DNA of 64,000 bases, taken from the NCBI GenBank assembly GCA_000182565.2, contig KQ257452.1. One strand, written 5' to 3'. The DNA comes from Spizellomyces punctatus DAOM BR117 (taxonomy: Eukaryota). Positions 1 through 10,804 of the stretch are shown piece by piece. The position numbers and the translations under genes are program-made. The notes under the pieces were generated by a model. That model saw only the letters and a list, made by a program, of their open reading frames with translations. It had not been told where the DNA came from and made no database searches. Numbering within the stretch: the first letter of the stretch is position 1; each line of letters opens with the position of its first letter.

Positions 1-1090
1 CTGAAAAATCATTGTCATGACGTGGGCCCTCTGGACGCAAATCACCAGGCCCAGGACCTGATGATCTCTGATCTCCTGCAGATGCAAGTGTTCCTCTGCT
101 ACCCATGCCTGCTTGTCGATGTAACCAGTCAGAAGTTCCTTGTTCAGCTGTAGCTAAGTTCTCTTCAGGCTCCAGAAGGATGTTACCAATGTTCTGCAGC
201 AAATGTGACGGAGAGAAAGCATGAATAAATAATCAAAGGGACAAGGCTCATGACGTTTTCGCAAACCAGACCTTTAGCAATTTTTTAATTTCGCTTTTCG
301 CTTGGTGATACTCATCTGATGATGGTGACTTCTGTTGCCAACCATTCCAAAGATCCTTCAGCTTCCCATACCAGTCCCTGTACCGGGCGTTCACCTGAGC
401 GTCTGTGTCCACGCAGAGGGATTTGTTGAAGACCCTGATCACAACCAGTATGGCTTCTGTCCAATGAGCTGGAATATACGTGGTCGGTATATCACGCTCT
501 TGAATCCTTCCAATGTCCAAGTAGTGATCCGCCATCGAGCCCCTTTGCATCAGATCGTGTAGACACTGTAAGATGCGGTAGATGAAGTTGCCCCGTTCAT
601 CCTGGAAGAGGCAAGTGTAGATGCTCCGCAAGGCTTTATGATAGATATCGGGAAAGCTGATCACCAATCCAAGAAGGGGAAGAATCACCCGTTGGAAGGA
701 CACTGGCAACGAGCGAATGCCGGCGTCCACGGTCATCGGCCGACTTACAAGGTCCTTCAACAGCTTTACACCATTGCCTGCATCGTCCGAAAGTATAAGC
801 AGAACCTCTTCTGGCTGCCCTGACTGAAGAGCTGACACAACGAATCGCCTCATGTCATGCTGGTGAAGAAATTCACCCTTCCGGACAAAGCAACGAAATT
901 GGTGAAGTGCTTCTTGACTTGCATTTTTGGGCGGGGTCGACCGTTCCTTGGAGTGAAGTGTGTTTTGACCACCGTGGGAAGGGCCTCCCTGGCTGCTAGT
1001 CGGCTTGCTTCTCCAATCTTCTTTCAACTTGGGGGTGCGGTCCCTCCCATGCTCGGACTTGTACTTGAGCTTCCGTTGGGAGTTCATCAT
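1..1090 (-). CDS. 5' part of a fungal NFX1-type zinc-finger (ZNFX1-like) SF1 helicase; continues beyond the left window edge
   Basis: ORF 248..1090 (VSFQRVILPLL) appears to splice at AAG|GTCTGG to a second exon of about 1-197. That exon reads ...GPGPGDLRPEGPRHDNDFS, the motif that precedes the helicase core in fungal ZNFX1-like proteins. The helicase motifs themselves lie outside the window. Confidence 0.7.
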
Positions 1091-1928
1091 GTTGCTGCTG
1101 TCACTAAGTCGGTTTTTCTTGAAGTGGGGAACACCTTCTATGGTGCTTGTGCAGCTTCAGCATGCTGTCAAGTCCCATGTGTGGCCAAAATAGGGGCTTC
1201 TGCGGAGGCCAAGGGGGTTCCGATAGCGCGTGAACATGACAAAAGAGCGAAATAGATGGACCCGCCCCCATTGACATGCAAAAGCCCTATAATAACCTAG
1301 TTTGACAGGAGTGCAACCACAATGAAAACAGTCGAAGAAGTTACCAATCCCAACGTCGTTTATGTACATTTGAATTCAAACCGCTGATATGCTTGGGCCA
1401 GGTGGATACTCGATATGAGCAGCTATGAAGCTGTTGGGCTGTCAAATGTCCACCTCAACCAAGCGTTCTCTTCGCATGACGGGAAAGCAATACCGAAAAA
1501 CCCTAACGTTTTGGGGCTGGCCAGAATTGAAAATGATAAAAGCTGAACAAAGGTCCCAGAGAAAATCCAGGTTACCTGGTTGTCTTTTGGCATATTTATA
1601 GGGCTCGGCCCTTCTTATTCTGCCCGATAGAGTCGTGCATATTCACTGCGTCGATCTGTGTTTAACCTCCTCGATAGCATCCCTTGAAATTGACACCCGA
1701 ATTGTGGATGAGATTTGATTCACGCAAGGGCATCGGCGGTGATTTTTGCTGGTAAAGAAGCATTTAAGAAAACGCCATAAGCGGCAGCTGTAGCAGACGA
1801 CAGACGACAATGATTATTGCCATTGGTCCTTGTACGGGCTACGAATGGCTCTCTTGTGGTCAAAAGAGCATGTCACTCAGAACTGGTTCTGTACAGCGTC
1901 TGAATATCCTCGGCAGACATGATTCCCC

Positions 1929-2185
1929 CATGATACTAGGTAGTTTTCATTTCTAGCAGACTGCCTACAAATTGCCAAAGCAAGCAAGCTTCGAGTTTCG
2001 AGACAGTGTGAAGCAGATCAAAATAGCAATATTCCGCAATTCTTGCTTTCTTGTTCCCGAAGACACTATAGGGTCCTTCATCTTGCAAGAATCGTAGGGC
2101 GAGATATGCTGTACCCCACAGTAGAGTCCTGGTCATTGCGCCGGTTCATCTGAAGCAAGATTGATATATTGGCTGCCTCATACAC
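1929..2185 (-). repeat. Dispersed repeat copy A (about 260 bp), a degenerate coding fragment
   Basis: Colinear with 9860-10138 (shared ctagcagactgcctaca, gcaagcaagcttcgag, gagacagtgtgaagcaga, caagattgatatattggctg). The minus frame reads YLALRFLQD...KKARIAEYC in both copies. Confidence 0.85.
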
Positions 2186-2733
2186 GATGATCATATCCAC
2201 AGGAAACCAAGAAAGCTGTCAGATGTGTGCGGCCCGGTGACATTGACCGTCCCAGCTTTCAGCAAGCACCGAAGATCATAGCACGTCTGGAAAGATTCTG
2301 GCAAGCTGTAACGCAAGTTCATTTCCATTGTGAATAACCCTGAAGACCAGAGCCGTCACCGCAAAGCCGTTTTGAATAAGAGTCAGTTACAAAGATTGGA
2401 TAAGCATTGGACGAATTAGAGTTTATTTAGAAGATCCTAACAATCGTCTCCGCCTTTTTCCCGGAATACGAGACGGTCCCCATCAGTGCGTTATTACCGC
2501 ATCTTGCTTTCAAACATTCAAGCTCTGGGTTGTTTCCAAAAATAGACGCTTGGAATGACATTTACCATGACGCAATCACAAATGAATGGGGCCTCTCGTC
2601 AATGTCTTCGGTGTGGCAGACGGCATTCGTCATTATTCAAATACCGACCATTGAAACGATATATGTAAGGTGAGGCATTTTCTACTGTCCTCGATTCCTG
2701 GTCTCTCCACCATCATTAGTGTAGCCGACATAA

Positions 2734-4261
2734 ATGATTGCCGAACTTCCTGCCGACCACCCATCGTGCCGGTAAGGCCTTCCTCATCTCTTGCACACGT
2801 TACAAACACCCCCTCATCTGTTCGCCATTTCCATTTTCCATAGATGGCACGTCCTAGTGTGGAGATGCACAGATTCCCACTATTTTGTCCTCCAGACGCT
2901 CATTACAGCCGCTATAGGATTCCTCGTCTTCGCGCTCGGAACGGGTACGCTTATCTATCGCTATGTCTATAAAGGCCAGAGAATATGGAAAGGGGGATTG
3001 ACGACGTTGGATTCGTATATTGCGCTTATGACGGCTTTTGGGCTGGGTAAGCATATCTGTGCGTCAGGACAGAGAGCATTTACTTATCGACTACGTGGGT
3101 TTGTGTTGTAGGGCGAGGAATTCAATGTCTATTGCTGGGACTGGATAAAATCCCTTCGATGACCGCTTCACAACTCATGCACGATATCCCGCAAACATGC
3201 GGGAGAATCGCCGCTTGGATATATGTTCTGTCAGTGTACGTACTGTTATCTGCATTATCCTCTCATAAATAGTACCCCAGGCTCACACCACCATCAGCGT
3301 CCAGGCAACTCCGCGACATTATAATGACTCGACCTTCCGGTTGCCAACGGCCACACAACTCCGGTATCTCCGCATCGGCTATATCCTGGCCGAAACACTC
3401 GTCGTTATCCCGCTTGGAACCGCGGCGGGATACGCATATGACACGGGACACTTCGACCGATACGTTACCTTAACAACGGTATTGTATGCTATGGTGGGAT
3501 TCTATTGTGTCATCATTGGCTTGGCGTATGGATTTTTTGGAAGACAATTAGTGAGTGCCGACTTGGTGAGCAGTAGGGCCGTGGATGAGTTTATTAATGC
3601 TTCTGTGTTGGCAGGTCCAAATAGCAGTGAAAATAGCCAGCGACCTCAATTCAAACGTCCGGAGCACTGTTCCATCCAACTTGGAATCGGAGAACGCGGC
3701 TCCAGCTGAAGGTCCGGTGGATGCGAAGATGATGAAAACCATTACCAAAGTACGTGCACAGATACGGGATGAAACCAATGCGCATATCTTATTTACGCCT
3801 CTTATTCCCGATGCCTTTTAGATGAAAATGGTGAACAGTACTCTCATGTCCATCGGCATCTATTATGGTATCATCCTTGTTATTTTCGCTGGTTTGCAGA
3901 ATAAGGTATGTTGCTAGCTGAACCCTTCACAAATCAGAACCGCATTAACGGAAGATCTCACCTTTGACAGATCTTCGCGCTTACGTGGTGGTCCAAAATT
4001 CAAGCCGTCGGAAGCAACGTATACCCACTGTCGCTAGTGCTGACCAACTTCGTACGTGTCCAAAGGAAATATCAGTCGTTCATCTCATTATACTCATCTT
4101 CCCGTTTCTTTGATGTACAGTGCTTCATCATTTGGGGAGAATTTAACCCGCCAGATCCTGTCGCGAATCCTCTTACGATCGCGGGGAAAACCGTGAGCGT
4201 AACGCCAGCGACAGAGGGTATTAAGCAGTCTAAGGAGGTGGTTGTTCATCAAAATGCGTAA
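2734..4261 (+). CDS. Multi-exon polytopic (about 7-TM) membrane protein of unknown function
   Basis: ATG at 2734 and canonical GT-AG introns. Successive hydrophobic exons: TAAIGFLVFALGTGTLIY, YILAETLVVIPLGTAAGY, TTVLYAMVGFYCVIIGLAYGFFG, LMSIGIYYGIILVIFAGL. Stop at 4259-4261. Confidence 0.7.
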
Positions 4262-5081
4262 GGAATATAACTCTGGGGTTGTACATAGGAGAGTTATACG
4301 TACGTGAGGACGATCTTTGACCTCGAGGATTTATTTATTCCGTTTCTACTTCGGATGTATCATTTGTTTAATCTGCTTGTGATGCCGACACATAGCACTG
4401 AATGCTTGTTGCGCCATGATGCGGTTTGGTCATTTGTCTATTGCACATGTACTGTCAACCGTGCTAATAAGTGCGAAAATCATGCCTGTCTGAGACCCTG
4501 ATAAGAGCTCTTTGGCTGAATAATCTGTCCGGCGCCAGTTTACCAAATATTCGACTTCGCCCATTGACAGGTGTTAATAGTTAGAGTTTTAACCATGAGC
4601 CTCAATATGAATTCCGTTTGCTAGATGTGTCAGCGTGCCGGGGTGCATGACCCCACAATGCCCCTCTGTAGCATTGTCCCACTCCGACTGTAGGAGCCTG
4701 AGGTTAGAATTATGAGCACTGCCGCTTCAAACAAACGTCAGAGTGAACATGAACATGTTGCCTTTCAACTGTATGAGCATATTTCTGGGCTGCGATGGGT
4801 CTCCGGTGGGCTGAGGTTGCTTACCGGTGACAGTCCCAATCGATATCATCTCTGGTCTCCTCCTTTGCCATAAGTTGGCCGCTTGAAGGGACCTAGTATC
4901 TCCCTTGCCTCCTTCCGAAATCCACACCGCCCAGGAACTCCTGGAGCTCCAACAGCTTCGGTATAAAAACCGGGTGTGATTTGACCTCCGTCCTTCCATA
5001 TCCTCACCAACTACACAATGCCCGCCACAAACCTCAAACACTCAAAATCCTTCCCACTTCAATACCAATACTCAAATCAAG

Positions 5082-5450
5082 ATGACACCCTTCGCTCTCC
5101 TCACCTTCCTCCTCACCACCACATTCGCCGTCTCCACAAACGCCCAATTCTTCACCCCCCAAATCCCTCAAGCCCTCGTCACGCTCGCAGACGGAGACGT
5201 ACAGCTTCTCGGAGACGGCGGCGTCAACATGGAGGGGTGCTTCACCATCATCGACCAAGTCGGCATCGTCAGCGCTGAGGTTACGACTGCGGGTACCGCG
5301 CTGTTCTTTTATACGGCCGAGGAATGTGTCAGGGCCACGAGGATCTTCGTGATGCTTCGGGAGCAAGCGGAGTTTGGGAACCCGCTTTTGGCGAGGAGCG
5401 TCAGGATTGTTAGCCTAGATATGATGGGAGGCATGATGGGCCGTGGATGA
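5082..5450 (+). CDS. Small secreted protein (122 aa) of unknown function
   Basis: Signal-peptide-like N-terminus MTPFALLTFLLTTTFAVSTNA, two cysteines, TATAAAA at about 4962 and a single exon. Confidence 0.7.
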   Translation: MTPFALLTFLLTTTFAVSTNAQFFTPQIPQALVTLADGDVQLLGDGGVNMEGCFTIIDQVGIVSAEVTTAGTALFFYTAEECVRATRIFVMLREQAEFGNPLLARSVRIVSLDMMGGMMGRG

Positions 5451-5491
5451 TGGGCCGTGCAATGATGGGCCGTGGGATGACGGGACGCACT
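5421..5491 (+). repeat. Short tandem repeat, about 15-bp unit ATGATGGGCCGTGGG (MMGRG)
   Basis: Five imperfect units visible across the stop codon of the secreted protein. Confidence 0.8.
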
Positions 5492-6013
5492 ATGCCACTC
5501 CCCTTCTAGGTGTCATAATGTGTTGTCATCTCGATGATGGAGTGGATTTTCAGGTGGTTCGCATAGTGGGAGTGGGTACAATATAATATATAGGCACGGA
5601 GGGATAGGTTTTCAGGTTCTTTGTTGTGTGCTTAATATTTTGGAGTGGTCATGGCAATATCAATATATTGATGGGTTGATTTTACATGGTGGACTTCAAC
5701 ATTAAACCGCTCGAGCAGCCCAAAATGAAAACTGGTAAAATCCTTCTACGAAACGGTCCGACAGTAGCACACCTCATTGTGTGCTGCCTTTCAACTTCGG
5801 ACTTGCAAAGCAGGAGGCTTAGTTAGGCGATTGTTGGTCAGCGTGACATAAACAACACAAGCCACAATCTGTATAAGAATAACTGCCAACTCCGGAGCTA
5901 AAAAGAGCTGCCTGATTCATCTCCACTCCCTGATCGCCTGCTTTCTGTTCCGTGATCTCAGATTTCTGCGTCCTTATACCCCGGTTCGAGAAGCATCCTT
6001 TCTATCAAACAGA

Positions 6014-9000
6014 ATGCTCTTAAACTTCATCGTGGTTCTGTTGGCGGTCGCATCTGCTTTTGCAGGACGTACCGAAGTACATCGCTTTGAAAAGGAGCAC
6101 AATCATACCTCGTCGCAGCATGTCTCCTTTCCAAATCATGCCCAGCAGCCTAAATCCCTCCAGCGCCGTGATCTAACAAATCTGACCTATCTCCAGATCG
6201 GGGTGAGTCGTGGGTCGTAGTGCGAAATGGGTACTGGTGGCTCATCCTGAACCTGTTACTTCCCCAAGGTCCTCTACGAGTTCAACGACCCAGATCCTGA
6301 CTGGCGCGACTATGGGACTATGATCCAATCCATTTGGAACCTCGCGAAAGACGATATCAATGCCGATCCTGCTAAGTGGGGCTTGCCCTCGAACGCCCGT
6401 ATTCGCCTCGACTTCCGCGACTCTATACAATATTTCCATGGGTGGAATATGGAGGGCGCGTACATGGTTTCTGCCATGGATTCGTACAAAGATGGGAGTA
6501 TTGCTATCGTAGGAGGAAGTTCGAGTGACGTTGCAATTGCCATGGCGCAGATGTTGGGTCCATTGATGGTAACGTTCCCTTTTCATCAATGAGCATACAC
6601 AAAGCTTGCCGATAAAGCTGACGTTCGCCATCTCATAGGTGCCAGTTTGCTCTCCTCAAGCTTACTCCTACGTCCTGTCCGACAAAACCAAATACCCTTA
6701 CTTCTTCCGTCCGAATACTCCGGCTGCAAACGACGTAATCGGTGTCATCCCCCTCTTGAAGAACTATGGCTGGACGCGCTTTTCGTTTATTTATCAAGAT
6801 GTTGCCTCTGGAACTGCGTGTGGGTCAATACTGTTCAATGTCATACATGGAGATGTTTTTCAAATGTCCTGTCATTCTTTTGCACAATTAGATGATTCGG
6901 CATTGTCGGAAGCAATGAAGAAGGAGAGTAAGCTGTTCTTAGCCAATAAGTTTACGGACTATTACACGAACGACCCCGGTGAGCTTGCAAATAGGGCGTA
7001 AGTACAGTGCCGTTCTTGGGCACAAGAAAGCTTTGTCTCATTGTACGATTCTTTGGGGTCTATATTATAGCGTCGCAGACGGAACTCGTGTCATTGTCGT
7101 TGCGGGCAATCCTGATTGGGCGGCAAAGTTGTTCTGGGGAGCCTAGTGAGTTGCCTGACGCCTTTTCTTCCGTCTGGGTATGCATGTGCGCGAACATTGA
7201 CAACCGCGCTCTCCTCAAGCAATGCTTCGGTCGTCGGCAACGACTTCGTCTGGATCTTTGTCAATGTATGTTCTCCTCCGTGACCTCTCAATACCCTAGC
7301 CATTTCAACTGGAACCTCATTTATTTCCTTCCAGGACATTCAAGACCGGCTCGCATCCCTCCTGAAAAAGAACTTGGCTGACGAGACCCAAATTCCTGAG
7401 TTGCTAGAAGATATGCTTGTGGGAACCTTATACATGTCTGTTCAACGAGACAGTACTCCCGCGCGAGAGGAGTTTTGGGCTAGGTTGCCTACTCTCAATG
7501 AGTCGTTGTCAGTATCACCTAAATCAGTCAATAATGCGCGGATTTTTGTGCTGATACACCGTGTTTTATTCAAGGGCAGATATCCACTGATAAACTACGG
7601 AGGAGGAGGAGATGAGGCTCCAGCTTATGCATGCATTTCGGCTCTTGCAGCCGGGTGGGGCAAGGCAAGCCCATCGTATTCTTTCAACGAACATATTAAA
7701 CAGGGTAGAAACTAATTAGCACCCTTGCTTACTGTAGCTGCTGCAACAAGCCGCCGCAGACAACAATTCCGACGTCAACCTCGCCGCCCTAGCGTCTGGT
7801 GAACTAGGTTCCTACATGATACCCGATACGTTCAACACTGGGATCGATACACCGGTTGGCTATTTTAACTTGGATCAACATGGTGACTTTAAGGGATAGT
7901 ACGTAAGATGATTCCCCTTCCTTTTCTCAAGCTCGGTTGGTCCTTAACCCTCAAGCATTCCTTTTTATCAGCAATCTACTGGTCGCATTATATGAAAAGG
8001 GACAGCCTACTATCGGTGACGGTGGGACCGAAATAGGCAGTGTCGCAGCGGACCTGTCGGGATTTATTCAACGAGTTGTGCCAGTGTTTCGCGACGGGTC
8101 CAGTAACCCACCGCTTACGACCGTCCCACAACTGCGTATGTACCTACTTTCTCGCTGTGCTTGTGGAGCCTATGTGACTAACGCTCAAGATCCCACTGTG
8201 ATTATTTAACACCGAAGCCGTCAATCCCAGCTATGAGTCTGTATCGGCAGCGGTTATCTTAGCTTTTACAAGCCTTGGGATTTTTGCAACAGCCGTCACC
8301 GCCATGTTATTCGTTGTCTTCATGAAGCATGAGGCTATCAGAAGGACTAGCTTACCATTCTCTTTGGTAAGACCCCCTTCCCAGTCGTTGAGGGAGTTCC
8401 GAGGTATAATCGCTGACCGTCTCGCGCTCGAATATCACTGTAGCTGATCCTCCTTGGCATCACAATATCATACACCACCCTCTTCCCGCACATCGGTATA
8501 CCCACTCCTGCCCATTGCATTGGACAAACTTGGCTTCCTCCCATTGGGTTCTGTTTGTGCTTCAGCAGCATTGCAGGTACCATTTGGATGTGCTCATCTA
8601 CCGGACTCTGCTTTCGCTGACGCATGAACCCATTCTCTGTTTATAGTGAAATCGTGGCGGTTGTACCGTATCTTCAACAATGTTCGCAAAAACTACGCCG
8701 TCAAGACCAGCCAGTTGTTCGCTTATACTGGGGCGATGCTTTCATTAGAAGTCGTGAGTGTCTGACACATTGAACTGTGACTCTTCTTTGTTTCAACGTT
8801 CTCACGATTCCCTCTTCCGCGCGCGCGAAAGCTCATCCTCATAGTCTGGACCGCCTACGACCCTCCACGCCCCATCGTGCTCCCGATCTCCCAGAGACAG
8901 TCCATCTACCTCTGCCGTTCGAGCACCCAATTCCAACAAAACATATTCGAGGGCTTCCTATACGCCATCAACAGCGCCCTTCTTGCTTTCGTCCTCCTCC

Positions 9001-9864
9001 TAACCTGGCTAAACCGTACAGTCGCCACCGAATACAACGAAACGCTCTATATTGGTGCGGCCGTATGGAACTTTGTGGCGCTGATGTCCATCGGGTTGCC
9101 ATTGGTTTACATCCAGTCGTTATACGAGTATCAGTTTGTAATTCGGCAGATCATCGTCTTGCTGGTTACTACCTTCACGCTTTTGGTGCTTTTCGCGCCA
9201 GTTTTGTTGAGGATTGCTGGGGTTAAGACTGAAAAAGTGGACCTGATGAACAGCTTTGCCAACAATGTGTTGAAGTCGGACTTTAATAGTAAATTCGGAT
9301 CAACGTCTACGTCTGAGTCGCTTATCACGAACTCGGTAGGTTGAAAGATGGCCCCATTTTTCTTCATTTACAATATCCAGCTAACATCAGAAATTACAAA
9401 AAGACCATCGTTCCGGCAATCGAGCGCGGCGGCTTGTGGACCTTGCTCAATCGTTGGGAAACCATGCGGGTTTTCGTCATCCCGAAAATGAACACTCTCA
9501 TAGCAGTCCAAGTGAGATACAACTATATCACCTCTGTTGCAGCAGATATTCTGACCGCATAATCCGATCCTTGATCCAGCTCTCAAACGGCCGAGCATTC
9601 ACATACAATCTTGTGGACAGCATAATCTCTGAAGCCAGTAACTCGGGAGACGAATTCAGCGTCGTGGTGACCTTCCCCAAAACAAAGCGGACCTTCTACT
9701 TGTCTTTCAACAGCCACGAACAGCGTACTGCTTGGATGGCCTTGATTGCTTCAGCTGGTGGCTCGCATGCAGGCTCGGCTACTGGCAGCAAGGATCCCAA
9801 TCGCCGGACTTCAGGTTTACAAAGTCCGCCCATCAAATCCGCGGAAGTCTCTAGTGCGCCATGA
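6014..9864 (+). CDS. Class C (GABA-B/mGluR-like) GPCR: signal peptide, Venus-flytrap/ANF-receptor domain, 7TM_3 and a C-terminal PH-like domain
   Basis: Motifs AIVGGSSSDVAIAMAQ, PVCSPQAYSYVLSDKTKYPYFFR and YGWTRFSFIY; TM segments with KSWRLYRIF and EYNETLYIG; about 13 introns. Confidence 0.85.
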
Positions 9865-10600
9865 TACTAGGTGGATGTGTTCATTCTAGCAGACTGCCTA
9901 CAGGTTGCCAAAGCAAGCAAGCTTCGAGCTCCGAGACAGTGTGAAGCAGATTAAAGCAACAATATTCCGCAATTCTGGCTTTCTTGCTCCCGAAGACATG
10001 ATTGGGTCCTACATCTTGCAGGAACCGTAGGGCGAGATATGATGTACCTCATAGCAGCGGCCTCGTCATTGCGTCCGGAAAATTTCCTTGGAGCCGGTCC
10101 ATTTCAAGACAAGATTGATATATTGGCTGGCCCATACAAAGTTATACAATGGTTCTTGACAGCTTACCAATATACCTATCGTGTCTAACTTTGCCCCGTA
10201 ACTCAGTCGGATCAGTTCGAAGGAGATAGGCACGTACGCCCCTGTAGCCGACTGGTTTCCTCAGAACTGATCATATTCACAATAATGCTGTCAGATGCGC
10301 GCGAAGATTTATCCAGGGTATCCGCGCTTTGTACTGTGTAGGAGGTTACGTGCCATGTGTTTCGTTGAGTCCAAAAGTCAAATTTCAAGGTTTAGAGATT
10401 CAGCGCGTGTGTTCAGTTGCTGGTGTTCTTCATCCGATGCAGGAAGCGAAAGAATGAGTGACTCCGTAAAGCCAATGGTCCGTAAGAGGATGTCATCCAT
10501 TTCTCTTCTCGGTATATTCCTATTGTAGAACCCTAATTGCTCGTCACCGGTTGCATCCCCTGACGTTGCTACCTTATATAGGTGGCATTGCAAGCGCGAT
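9860..10600 (-). pseudogene. Degenerate gene remnant containing dispersed repeat copy B (9860-10138)
   Basis: The minus-strand reading frame has several in-frame stops but continues into the segment homologous to 1929-2185. Confidence 0.5.
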
Positions 10601-10804
10601 GAAATAACAGAAAACTATGAATGTATCGCATACACATGCCTCAGCGAGCATTGACCCATTCTAATTGATCACTGAACATTCGACACCGCGACGGACGCAC
10701 CGTCCCTCGGTGAACTGAAATGTCTCGAATATGGTCATACGCCAGTCAACCGTCCCATTGTATACCAAATACATGCAGAAATGTTCTATCTGTAGGAGGA
10801 CAAT

